This document shows, piece after piece, positions 36,369 to 44,940 of a stretch of 64,000 nucleotides of DNA (position 1 is its first letter; each line of letters begins with the position of its first letter). The position numbers were made by a program, and so were the translations under genes. Origin of the DNA: a virus (taxonomy: Duplodnaviria > Caudoviricetes); IMG/VR virus record IMGVR_UViG_3300013383_000028, positions 1 through 64,000 of that record. One strand, 5' to 3'. The notes beneath the pieces are model-generated. The model saw only the letters and a program-made list of their open reading frames with translations. It had not been told where the DNA came from and made no database searches.

Positions 36369-37901
36369 ATGAGCAGAAACGTACTTACGAACCTCGACCT
36401 CAACAAAAACGAACTCCAAAATGCAGTAATCCAGCCGCTGGCTACTGCGCCCGCGAACCCTAAACTTGGTCAGATCTATACGAACTCCCAAGACAAGGTC
36501 ATCTACAGATATGATGGCACGAAGTGGGGACCCGTAGGTGTTGTCTACGAGCAGGAAGGCGGCACTGGCGCGGTTATCGTTGGCCTCGATGCGGAAGGCA
36601 ATGTTACCACCAAAAAGGTCGTTGAACTGACCCTGACGGACTATACGCCGATTGAGGACGGCTATGTTGCAGCTGGCGATACCATCCAGAAAGCAATTGC
36701 AGCCCTCGACACCGCCGTTAAAAATGCGGTCGCCGGTGGCGGTGAAGTCAACCAGAACGCATTTTCTAACATCACTATCCCCGTTCAGAGCACGAATGAC
36801 ACGACCGAAGTTGCGGGACAGACTGATAGCGCCACGGTTTCCGCTACCAGCAAGACCGACACGTTTACGGTCGCGTCCGGTGACAAGTGGGTTCACGTCA
36901 ATGCCGATGACACGACCAAGATTATCACGCTCGGCCATGCGTTCTCTGGCGCTACCGCCGGTAATTACGGTGATGCGACCCACACGGTTTCTATCACGGT
37001 TGACAAGGCTGGCCACATCACGGCGGCAGAAGTTGTAGAAATTGTCGGCGCACAGTACATTGCCGGTTTGACCTCCGACGTGCAGGAACAGCTCGATTCC
37101 AAGATTCCTGCATCCGAAAAGGGCAAGGCAAATGGCGTTGCGACGCTTGGCGAAGACGGCCTCGTTCCCGCCGCACAGCTGCCCAGCTACGTCGATGACG
37201 TTGTGGAAGCGTATATTGTCGGCGAAACTCCTCTTGCGGCTGATTGGCTGTCCACGACCGCCGATGGTGCGGCACTGACTCCGGAAACTGGAAAGATCTA
37301 CGTCATCATGACGGAAGGGGCATACCAGAACAAGCAGTACCGTTGGGGCGGCACGACCTATGTTCTCTGCAACCCGTCTGACGTGAACTCTGTCAACGGT
37401 AAGACCGGCGTTGTTGTTCTGACACAGGATGATATCGGCGAGGGCACGACCTACACGCAGTTCAGCAAGACCGACAAGTCCAAGCTCGACGATATCGCAG
37501 AGGGCGCGACGAACAACACCATTACGCTCAACGGCACGGAGACTGCGAACCCGTCGTTCTTTGCACCGATCGATGCCGGTACTGCCGGTCAAGTGCTGAT
37601 TTCCAACGGCGAGGGTCAAGCTCCCACTTGGCAGGAAGCTCCTGAAAAGCTGCACAAGTACACCATCACCAACCCGGCCATCACGGCAAGCGGCGGCGCA
37701 TTCACGTGGGCAATTGCCGCACAGTCGAATGGCCCAGCGACTCCGATGCTGGTTCAGGTCTATGAAGTTGCTACGAACGCTATGGTTCTGGCCGATGTTC
37801 AGGTCAACTCTGATAGCAGCATTTCCATCATCATTAACCAGACCGATACGGCGGTCACTTCGCTTACTGCGGGCACGTATCGTGCGGTAGCTATCGGCTG
37901 A
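36369..37901 (+). CDS. Fibre protein
   Basis: KGKANGVATLGEDGLVPAAQLPSYVDDV, VNSVNGKTGVVVL motifs of phage fibres. Confidence 0.7.
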   Translation: MSRNVLTNLDLNKNELQNAVIQPLATAPANPKLGQIYTNSQDKVIYRYDGTKWGPVGVVYEQEGGTGAVIVGLDAEGNVTTKKVVELTLTDYTPIEDGYVAAGDTIQKAIAALDTAVKNAVAGGGEVNQNAFSNITIPVQSTNDTTEVAGQTDSATVSATSKTDTFTVASGDKWVHVNADDTTKIITLGHAFSGATAGNYGDATHTVSITVDKAGHITAAEVVEIVGAQYIAGLTSDVQEQLDSKIPASEKGKANGVATLGEDGLVPAAQLPSYVDDVVEAYIVGETPLAADWLSTTADGAALTPETGKIYVIMTEGAYQNKQYRWGGTTYVLCNPSDVNSVNGKTGVVVLTQDDIGEGTTYTQFSKTDKSKLDDIAEGATNNTITLNGTETANPSFFAPIDAGTAGQVLISNGEGQAPTWQEAPEKLHKYTITNPAITASGGAFTWAIAAQSNGPATPMLVQVYEVATNAMVLADVQVNSDSSISIIINQTDTAVTSLTAGTYRAVAIG

Positions 37902-37953
37902 TGAAGCAATGCCTCCCGCGTGAAATACCGTGGGAGGCTAACTTGGAGGAACT

Positions 37954-39084
37954 ATGAAGAATTTAAGTCGATACGATGAAAATTTATCCGTCCCGCGCAA
38001 GCAGGACGTGGATGACAAGCAGGCAAAAATCGATGTAGCCGGAATCCTCAAGGGGACTGGCGATGGTGGCGTAGAAGCAGCAGTGCCGGGCACGGATTAT
38101 CTGGCCGAATCTGACATTTATATCTGCACAGTGACCGCATCCGGCACAATCTACACTGCGGACAAAACACCGACAGAATTACTTGCGGCTTCGAATGCTG
38201 GAAAAATCGTAGTTGCAACACTTAACAACGCCGTATATTTTTTAGCGGGTGGCAACGTTCAGATTGTAAGGTTTGCACGGATATTAGGTACAAATGTTTA
38301 TACTATGCAAGTTACGGCCACAGGCACTGCATCTTTACTAACTGTCAAGATACAGGAATCCGCCCTAATCACTAACCTTGAGACGAATAAAACCAGCGAT
38401 ATAACTTATCCATCATCAAAGGCGGTATGGGATGCAATCAATCATCCTGATGCCAAGACAGATGAGCAAACGCAAACAGTTGGTGTCGATGCGGACGGTA
38501 AGCTCTGGACTGCACCAAGTACTGAGCCAGATGTTTTTACTGGTGCGGATGCAACAACCACAGGTTCGGCTGGCATCGTTCCCGCACCGACAGCAGGAGC
38601 ACAAGCAAGATTTCTAAAGGGCGACGGCACATGGGCTGATTTGCCAAGCGCCAGCACAGGAGCAAGAGGCGTCACGTATCTTGTAGATTCCTACACGAGG
38701 ACGGATACGGACAAGGCTGTTACTCCCAAGGCGCTGAACAATGTATACAAGCTCATCCCGGTAAAAGTAAGTCAGCTCGAAAATGACAGTGGCTATATTA
38801 CAATTGCAGCTGTTCCTACCAAAACTAGTGAGCTTGAGAACGATAGCGGGTTCATTACATTTGCCCCAGTCACCAGCGTTAATGGCGAAACTGGTAATGT
38901 AGTTTTGGAGGCGAGTGATGTAGGTGCGGCAACTACAGGCAATATTCAGGCATATATTAACCGCACTAGCGCGGTCGATGAACCAAACACTAGTTATACA
39001 TCATATATGGCTAGAGGAGAGGCATTGTACGGTTATGAGGCTACTCCATCTGCGAACGGCTGCATTGCCTGGCAATACGAGTGA
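37954..39084 (+). CDS. Fibre/adhesin protein
   Basis: GILKGTG..VEAAVPGTDY, AQARFLKGDGTW, VTSVNGETGNV. Confidence 0.7.
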   Translation: MKNLSRYDENLSVPRKQDVDDKQAKIDVAGILKGTGDGGVEAAVPGTDYLAESDIYICTVTASGTIYTADKTPTELLAASNAGKIVVATLNNAVYFLAGGNVQIVRFARILGTNVYTMQVTATGTASLLTVKIQESALITNLETNKTSDITYPSSKAVWDAINHPDAKTDEQTQTVGVDADGKLWTAPSTEPDVFTGADATTTGSAGIVPAPTAGAQARFLKGDGTWADLPSASTGARGVTYLVDSYTRTDTDKAVTPKALNNVYKLIPVKVSQLENDSGYITIAAVPTKTSELENDSGFITFAPVTSVNGETGNVVLEASDVGAATTGNIQAYINRTSAVDEPNTSYTSYMARGEALYGYEATPSANGCIAWQYE

Positions 39085-39100
39085 TGAGTGAGGTGATAGC

Positions 39101-39859
39101 ATGGCTGAAACATGGATATTAAATAAAAGTCTTAATCTTACTGGTAATGCCAAATATATAGCTAAGTTTACTTGCAATGGAAATGCTTATGCCGGCATTT
39201 CAACCACTACGGAGGTTGTAAAATATCTTTATTATGCTAGTACTGACGGTGGGCAAAGAGCATACACTAAGTATGGTTGGGATAATGAGGTATATCGAAC
39301 AATTGTATTTGACGAATCACCGTCCGGAACACTTCTGAGCTGGCTGCAACGTAATGGTGTAAAGCAAAGTACCCCAGATCCAGTAATTGATGTTAATCAT
39401 AAAACTTTAATAGACGGTACTGGTTATTCCATCAAGCGAGGGAAGGCGCTTATTGGCAGCACAGGGTACGACATCATCAGTGGGCGAGTGCTTGTCAGCG
39501 GCACTGGCTATGATATTGTATTTACGCCGAAAGCGTATGTTGTCACGGTGACACTGAGCAACTATACCTATGTCATATACAATGACACGCTCTATAGCAA
39601 CGATACGGTTCTTTACGTTACACCCGGCGATTCTGTGCGATGTGTAGTTAACGCTCCACTGCGCGATGGTAGGACTGAAGTTGCCGTTAGAGTAAACGGA
39701 ACGGAGGTCGAGACCTCGAGCTTTCAAGGGCCACCGCCGTATAGTCTCGGCCAATATAGTTATTACTATGATTTTACGCCTGAATCTGACGCAACTGTTG
39801 TCGGAATAGTGGGAGGAGCAAATAGGCAGCAACATGGAGAAATTGACGTTACAACATAA
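39101..39859 (+). CDS. Fibre tip / receptor-binding candidate
   Basis: Beta-rich, visibly AT-richer DNA; IDGTGYSIKRGKALIG repeats. Confidence 0.55.
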   Translation: MAETWILNKSLNLTGNAKYIAKFTCNGNAYAGISTTTEVVKYLYYASTDGGQRAYTKYGWDNEVYRTIVFDESPSGTLLSWLQRNGVKQSTPDPVIDVNHKTLIDGTGYSIKRGKALIGSTGYDIISGRVLVSGTGYDIVFTPKAYVVTVTLSNYTYVIYNDTLYSNDTVLYVTPGDSVRCVVNAPLRDGRTEVAVRVNGTEVETSSFQGPPPYSLGQYSYYYDFTPESDATVVGIVGGANRQQHGEIDVTT

Positions 39860-39871
39860 GGAGGCAAAAAA

Positions 39872-40264
39872 ATGATCTATTTCAAAGTAAATAACACTGA
39901 ATACTCGGCAAGTATCGCCGGTAAAATAACCGACCGCGAATGGGATAACCGCGAATCCAAGGCGGTCACGCTCGAAATTACATATGCAGAGGCCGCGCAA
40001 CTCTTTGTCGACGGCCTGAGTTGGTCGATTGTGCAGCGCGATACTGTGCCAGTTTACGACGAGAGTGGAAACCCAACAGGCGAAACCACTGAGCAGGTGC
40101 AGGAATTTGATAACTCTGATTTCTGCGTTGCAGGTTCGATCACGGACAACCGCAACCGCACATGTACCTGCAAGATGGGTAAAAAGACCGAGGTCGAGAT
40201 CCTGCGCGAAACCTCCGCAGACGCGGAGCAGGCGGCAAAGATTCTTCTTGGGGAGGCGGAATGA
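39872..40264 (+). CDS. Fibre assembly/chaperone-like protein
   Basis: Typical small gene following fibre genes. Confidence 0.5.
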   Translation: MIYFKVNNTEYSASIAGKITDREWDNRESKAVTLEITYAEAAQLFVDGLSWSIVQRDTVPVYDESGNPTGETTEQVQEFDNSDFCVAGSITDNRNRTCTCKMGKKTEVEILRETSADAEQAAKILLGEAE

Positions 40265-40725
40265 TGGCTACTTACACGGAAAGAGCGAGGGCGCTGCGCC
40301 CGTTTATCGTCAAAGCATCTGCCAGTCTGAGCGACGAAGATGCGCTGAAGGCGAAGGAACTGTACGCCCGTTGGGCACCAGATATGGTAGTCGAACCCGG
40401 TGACCGACTTGTTTTTGCCGTCGATGGCGTGGACAAGCTTTATCGCGTAAATGAGGGACAGGGGCACACTACGCAGCTCGGCTGGGAGCCGGACAAGACG
40501 CCTGCACTGTTCACCGTCATTGACGAAACCCACGCAGGCACGAAGGAAGATCCGATACCGGCATCTCGTGGCATGGAATATACATACGGTCTGTACTACA
40601 CAGACCCGGAAGACAGCAAACTGTACCTCTGCGAGCGTACTGGCGCAACTGCTGGCAGCAAGATTACACTGCAGTATTTGCCGCACGAACTGATCGGACA
40701 GTATTTTACGGAGGCGGCGGTTTGA
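40261..40725 (+). CDS. Carbohydrate-binding (CBM-like) phage protein
   Basis: HTTQLGWEPDKTPALF, DPIPASRGMEY. Confidence 0.65.
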   Translation: MMATYTERARALRPFIVKASASLSDEDALKAKELYARWAPDMVVEPGDRLVFAVDGVDKLYRVNEGQGHTTQLGWEPDKTPALFTVIDETHAGTKEDPIPASRGMEYTYGLYYTDPEDSKLYLCERTGATAGSKITLQYLPHELIGQYFTEAAV

Positions 40726-40895
40726 AAGCTTATTGCGAATATGCATACCGGAAAAACGGAGACGCGAGCCTGCATTGCCGACGCTTGAAAGAAAACGGTG
40801 AAAGGCATGACTGGTGTGCGCATCAGTATTTGTGCAGCAGGACAAAAAAGTGGGAAGCTTCAGACGGGGCTTCACACTGCAATATCAAAACCTAG
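40722..40895 (+). CDS. 57-aa Cys/His-rich protein (not in the ORF track)
   Basis: TTG overlapping the upstream TGA; MKAYCEYAY...HC...WCAHQYLC...HC. Confidence 0.5.
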   Translation: MKAYCEYAYRKNGDASLHCRRLKENGERHDWCAHQYLCSRTKKWEASDGASHCNIKT

Positions 40896-40939
40896 CATAC
40901 AATCAATAAAGCCATACAGCCGAAAGGAGTTGTGAAAGT

Positions 40940-41518
40940 ATGGAGAAGATCGTTGTCACGAAAGAAAAACTCATGCAGATGCCGGACTATGTGACGCTGC
41001 GTGAGAAAATGGAGTTCGTCAAGGAAGCGGCAGACCTCTGCTTTGACCGTGTGGAGCTGAAAATCGACGGGGGGCTGGACAGCATGCCGATGCCGCCGCT
41101 CTACAAGGAAAACACTGCGATCAAGAGCTGCGTCCTCATGTCGGCATATGCGAAGCTCTATCTCAGCGAGCCATATGAGACCGAGAAAAACCAGTGGCTT
41201 ATGACAGAATCGGACTATGACCGATTCGCCGCAAGCCACATCATGAACCAGATCGAGCGGCTGAAACGCTATGACGGCGAGGTACGTGATAAGGCGTTTG
41301 ACGTGATCGCAGACATGCGAGACCTCGAAAAACGGCTGAACACCGAAGTTTACGGTTTGACGCAGGTCATGAATGAACCGGTCACGCGCATCATCATGGC
41401 ACTGCAGCAGCAGACCACGCCGGAGGCTGTCAGCGGCGCTCTGAACGAACTGAAGGACGCGCAGAAGGCATTCGCCGACTACATGGATTCTCGGCAGAAG
41501 CAGGCGGAGGAAGGCTGA
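40940..41518 (+). CDS. Tail/neck region protein
   Basis: AAGGAG RBS; position. Confidence 0.6.
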   Translation: MEKIVVTKEKLMQMPDYVTLREKMEFVKEAADLCFDRVELKIDGGLDSMPMPPLYKENTAIKSCVLMSAYAKLYLSEPYETEKNQWLMTESDYDRFAASHIMNQIERLKRYDGEVRDKAFDVIADMRDLEKRLNTEVYGLTQVMNEPVTRIIMALQQQTTPEAVSGALNELKDAQKAFADYMDSRQKQAEEG

Positions 41519-41519
41519 A

Positions 41520-42206
41520 ATGGCGGTATCGGTCAACTCGGACACTTATCCGTATGACAGAATCCAGTCTGGATTTACGCGGCTGCGCGGCACAGAGGAA
41601 ATCCCTATCAAGATCTTAAAGTACCTGATGGATTTGCCCCTGCCGGGATACACGCCGATAGACGATAACGACCGCGCCCGTGTGCGCCTGATGAAGTATC
41701 TGTGGTATGACGGTGCAAGGCCACTGGCAAATCCACTGCCCACGCCGACTGAGAAGCTGTCCATGCTGTTTGATGGTGATAACCCCGTCCTCAACACGCA
41801 AGAGGAAAAGGCACGGCATCCAAAAGGCTACAGAATCTACCCACAGCGCGTCTGGGGGCAGAGCGATACGGAAGCTGATACGACGCTGAAACTTTATCTC
41901 GGCCGAACCATCGCGAAGGACAACTTCCATACAGTGCTTGGACTTCAGTTCGAGATCCTTGTGAACGTCAACATGGAGAACACAACGCGGACGGACGCAT
42001 ATTCCAGAGCCTATAACATCGAGCAGTGCATCATTGAAGCGCTGCATGGCGTAAACATCACGGGCATCGGTGTCATCGACTTTGACCGGTATGCGCATGC
42101 AGACAACGGGAGCAAGAGTGGTTTTGACTATGGCAACCATGTCCTTCGGCTTCCCCACATGAGCGTAGAGTGGTGCGATTCCGAAATGGACATGCCCAGT
42201 GACTGA
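41520..42206 (+). CDS. Tail terminator-like protein (putative)
   Basis: Position before the tail tube; RAYNIEQCIIEAL. Confidence 0.5.
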   Translation: MAVSVNSDTYPYDRIQSGFTRLRGTEEIPIKILKYLMDLPLPGYTPIDDNDRARVRLMKYLWYDGARPLANPLPTPTEKLSMLFDGDNPVLNTQEEKARHPKGYRIYPQRVWGQSDTEADTTLKLYLGRTIAKDNFHTVLGLQFEILVNVNMENTTRTDAYSRAYNIEQCIIEALHGVNITGIGVIDFDRYAHADNGSKSGFDYGNHVLRLPHMSVEWCDSEMDMPSD

Positions 42207-42228
42207 CAAACCTAATATTGTCTAACCT

Positions 42229-42300
42229 GTGCCGAAATGGCGGCACAGAAGAGCTAATGGAGCTGTGAACGCAGGAGAACTGCGTTTGCGGCTCCTTTTG
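42229..42300 (+). ncRNA. Conserved dual-hairpin attenuator, copy 2
   Basis: GTGCCG-AAATGG-CGGCAC, GAAGAGCT-AATGG-AGCT, fully paired 16-bp terminator stem plus TTTT. Confidence 0.7.
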
Positions 42301-42337
42301 TGTTCAATACAGCAAACAGAAAGGCGAGGAAATAAAA

Positions 42338-43171
42338 ATGCAAGACCTTTCTCCTGAAGTGGCAAGAGCCATTCGGCGATTCGAACCGATTGAAACCGAA
42401 GGCCTGACACTATATCCAATCCGCGTCAAGGACATCATTGAGTTCACCATCGCGCGACCGGCAATCGAGTTTATGCAGCAGAGTCTCCCTGTGGCGATGC
42501 TGTCTAAGCCGCTTTTGCAGGCGTACTACCAGATGGAGCTTGACGCGGCGGCAAGCGGACAGCCCGGAAGTGGAAGCTTCTATAAGAGCATCCTGTTCCT
42601 GCTGCTTGCGCTCCGCGCAGGCGATGGCCTTTCAGCCGAGAAACGGATGGAGCTTGTAGACATCGAACCGGATGAGAACAATCCGATGCGGCTGAAAAGT
42701 GTGCTCATTTTCGTGGGTGGGGAAGTCAAAAAAATCACCCCCATGCGGTTCCAGCGTCTGCGACCGATTTTGGCGGCTCAGAACGGCATTGAGCTGCTAT
42801 CTGAGAATGCCAACCCTGAGTTGGTGCAGGCGGAACGCGACCTTGCGGAAATGAACGCGCCGAATCTGCAATATGACGTCTTGGCACTGAAAGCCACGAT
42901 TGCAACGGTTTCCGGTGCAGACGAATCGGAGATGGAAGAATGGCCGATTCTGAAGCTTCTGCGCAGGCGTGACGCAGTTCAGCGGCTCGTCGGGTTCGTC
43001 ACATGCAGTTTCGCGGAGTCGCAGGGCGGCAAGTGGAAGCATGGAAACCCGTACCCCAGCCCTCTGTATGACCGCGAGATCGACTACTGCGGCGGGCTGA
43101 TCGATATGTCTACGTTCGCTGGCGGAGCCGGTATGCGGGCTGTCCAGAATGCAGGAAACAAAACAACCTAA
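42338..43171 (+). CDS. Tail assembly chaperone-like protein
   Basis: Position next to the tail tube; WPILKL motif. Confidence 0.45.
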   Translation: MQDLSPEVARAIRRFEPIETEGLTLYPIRVKDIIEFTIARPAIEFMQQSLPVAMLSKPLLQAYYQMELDAAASGQPGSGSFYKSILFLLLALRAGDGLSAEKRMELVDIEPDENNPMRLKSVLIFVGGEVKKITPMRFQRLRPILAAQNGIELLSENANPELVQAERDLAEMNAPNLQYDVLALKATIATVSGADESEMEEWPILKLLRRRDAVQRLVGFVTCSFAESQGGKWKHGNPYPSPLYDREIDYCGGLIDMSTFAGGAGMRAVQNAGNKTT

Positions 43172-43214
43172 CACACAAACATCTTTCTGAAACACGCAAA
43201 GGAGTGACAAAAGA

Positions 43215-44345
43215 ATGATTCGTTTTACTGATTCCCGTCTTTATGCAAAAGGCATCGGCGAAGCAATCTGCACCGATAAGACTACCGGCCAGATTCTGTA
43301 CTTCTCCAACAAGTTCCAGACCGGTAACGTGACGCCGAGCGTCACCATCGGTGAAATCCGCGCCGGTCTTGGCAACGCTATCGCGACTACGCTTCCTTCC
43401 GACGCTTCCGTCAACGTAGAGTTCACGGCGGCTGACTTCAACCTGTGGGCAAAGGCCGCGCAGATGGGCGCAATGCTCCGCCACAACGCGCCAGTTATGG
43501 TTTGCCAGACCGTTACCGCTGATGGCACATTGCTTTCCATCGACATCACCGAGGGTACGCCTGTCGCGCAGAAGGGCTTCTCCAAGATCTTCTGCTATGT
43601 ACAAGAAGTCGGTGCTGCTTCTCCGATTGCGACCGGCGGCGTATCTTACGACCTGAACCCGACTACCGGTGCAGTCACTGGATTTACCGCGACGTCCGGC
43701 AAGACCTACAAGGTCTTCTACTTCGTCAACAAGGCCACTGCACAGATCGCAACCATCACCACGGCAATGGACCCGAAGGTCGTTCACTTCATCGCAACGG
43801 TTGCGGTCTTCTCCACTGCTTCCGGCTCCGCACAGAACGAGGGCACTCGCGTTGGTACGCTGTACATCATCATCCCGTCTCTGAAGTTCGGCGCGAACGG
43901 CGGCGTCACTGGCGACCAGACCAGCAACGATACTACGTCCCTGTCTGGTCAGGCAATCGCGTATGACCCGGATGTCATCACTGACGGCTGCGATGAATGC
44001 ACCGGCGCAGGCAGCGACCTTGCGTACTACATCTACCAGCCGTGCGGCTCTGGTGTTGAGGAAATCGAGGGTGTCGTTGCCAGCATCGGCGGCATTTCTC
44101 TCAAGGCGTCCTCCACCTATCAGATGCAGCCGCGTATCGCCATGAAGAATGGCGAGCTGGTCAAGGGTGACGCGAATACCTTCACCTACACTGCGACTGG
44201 CGCTCCCGAGGGCACGACCGTTGGTGCAAACACTGGCCTTATCACGGCCGGCGCTACTGCCGGTGACTTCACGGTTGAGGTCAGCTATACCGCAGGCGAG
44301 TCCACGTTCAAGGACACCTGCGAGGTCGAGGTCACTTCGGCCTAA
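43215..44345 (+). CDS. Major tail tube protein with C-terminal Ig-like domain
   Basis: 376 aa, biased codons, EIRAGLGN motif, C-terminal TCEVEV. Confidence 0.75.
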   Translation: MIRFTDSRLYAKGIGEAICTDKTTGQILYFSNKFQTGNVTPSVTIGEIRAGLGNAIATTLPSDASVNVEFTAADFNLWAKAAQMGAMLRHNAPVMVCQTVTADGTLLSIDITEGTPVAQKGFSKIFCYVQEVGAASPIATGGVSYDLNPTTGAVTGFTATSGKTYKVFYFVNKATAQIATITTAMDPKVVHFIATVAVFSTASGSAQNEGTRVGTLYIIIPSLKFGANGGVTGDQTSNDTTSLSGQAIAYDPDVITDGCDECTGAGSDLAYYIYQPCGSGVEEIEGVVASIGGISLKASSTYQMQPRIAMKNGELVKGDANTFTYTATGAPEGTTVGANTGLITAGATAGDFTVEVSYTAGESTFKDTCEVEVTSA

Positions 44346-44356
44346 ATAACCTGCTA

Positions 44357-44445
44357 CCCGGAGGGGAGAAATCCTCTCCGGGAAATGCGCAAACCGATCA
44401 ATATTCAGTGCAAGCGAGATGTTGGTAGGCTTGCGCATTTTTCGC
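44357..44445 (+). terminator. Two hairpins after the tail tube gene, the second with a U-tract
   Basis: CCCGGAGGGG-AGAAAT-CCTCTCCGGG; AATGCGCAA...TTGCGCATT-TTT. Confidence 0.55.
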
Positions 44446-44460
44446 ATTCAGGAGGCAGAT

Positions 44461-44925
44461 ATGTCGATTGAAGATTTCGTGATTAAATTCAACGCCGCGC
44501 TTGACCAGTCCATTCACAGAGCAATGGAAGGTCCTGTGACCGACAGCGTAAAAGCGGCTATTACAGAAGCCGTTCAGACAGAAGTCTACGACGCCTACGA
44601 GCGCGGGGATTATCTTCCGTACATACGCCGCGACGAGGTAGGCAAGACCGGTGGCCTTCAGGACTGGAACGTTATGGAGTCGAAGTATGACCCGTCGACC
44701 ATGACGCTGGAAGTCCAGAATATGAGCCGTGACGATGATACTGGACGTTTGATTGCGCCGGTTGTAGAAAGCGGCAAGGGATATCAGTGGAAAAAGTCGA
44801 CGATTTACAAAACAAAGCAGCCGCGCCCATTCCACAAAGAGGCTCAGAGCATGGTAATGCGTGAGGGTATGTTCTCGGATGCCCTTCGGTACCAGCTCAA
44901 AAGAGACGGATTCGACCCTAAGTGA
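44461..44925 (+). CDS. Neck/tail completion protein (putative)
   Basis: EVYDAYE...YIRR..GGL, PRPFHKEA. Confidence 0.55.
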   Translation: MSIEDFVIKFNAALDQSIHRAMEGPVTDSVKAAITEAVQTEVYDAYERGDYLPYIRRDEVGKTGGLQDWNVMESKYDPSTMTLEVQNMSRDDDTGRLIAPVVESGKGYQWKKSTIYKTKQPRPFHKEAQSMVMREGMFSDALRYQLKRDGFDPK

Positions 44926-44940
44926 TAGGAGGAAGATTGA

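Noticed and set aside
42338-44925. Canonical G/GT tail-chaperone programmed frameshift
   Set aside because: No overlapping frame pair with a slippery site was found around the tail tube gene.
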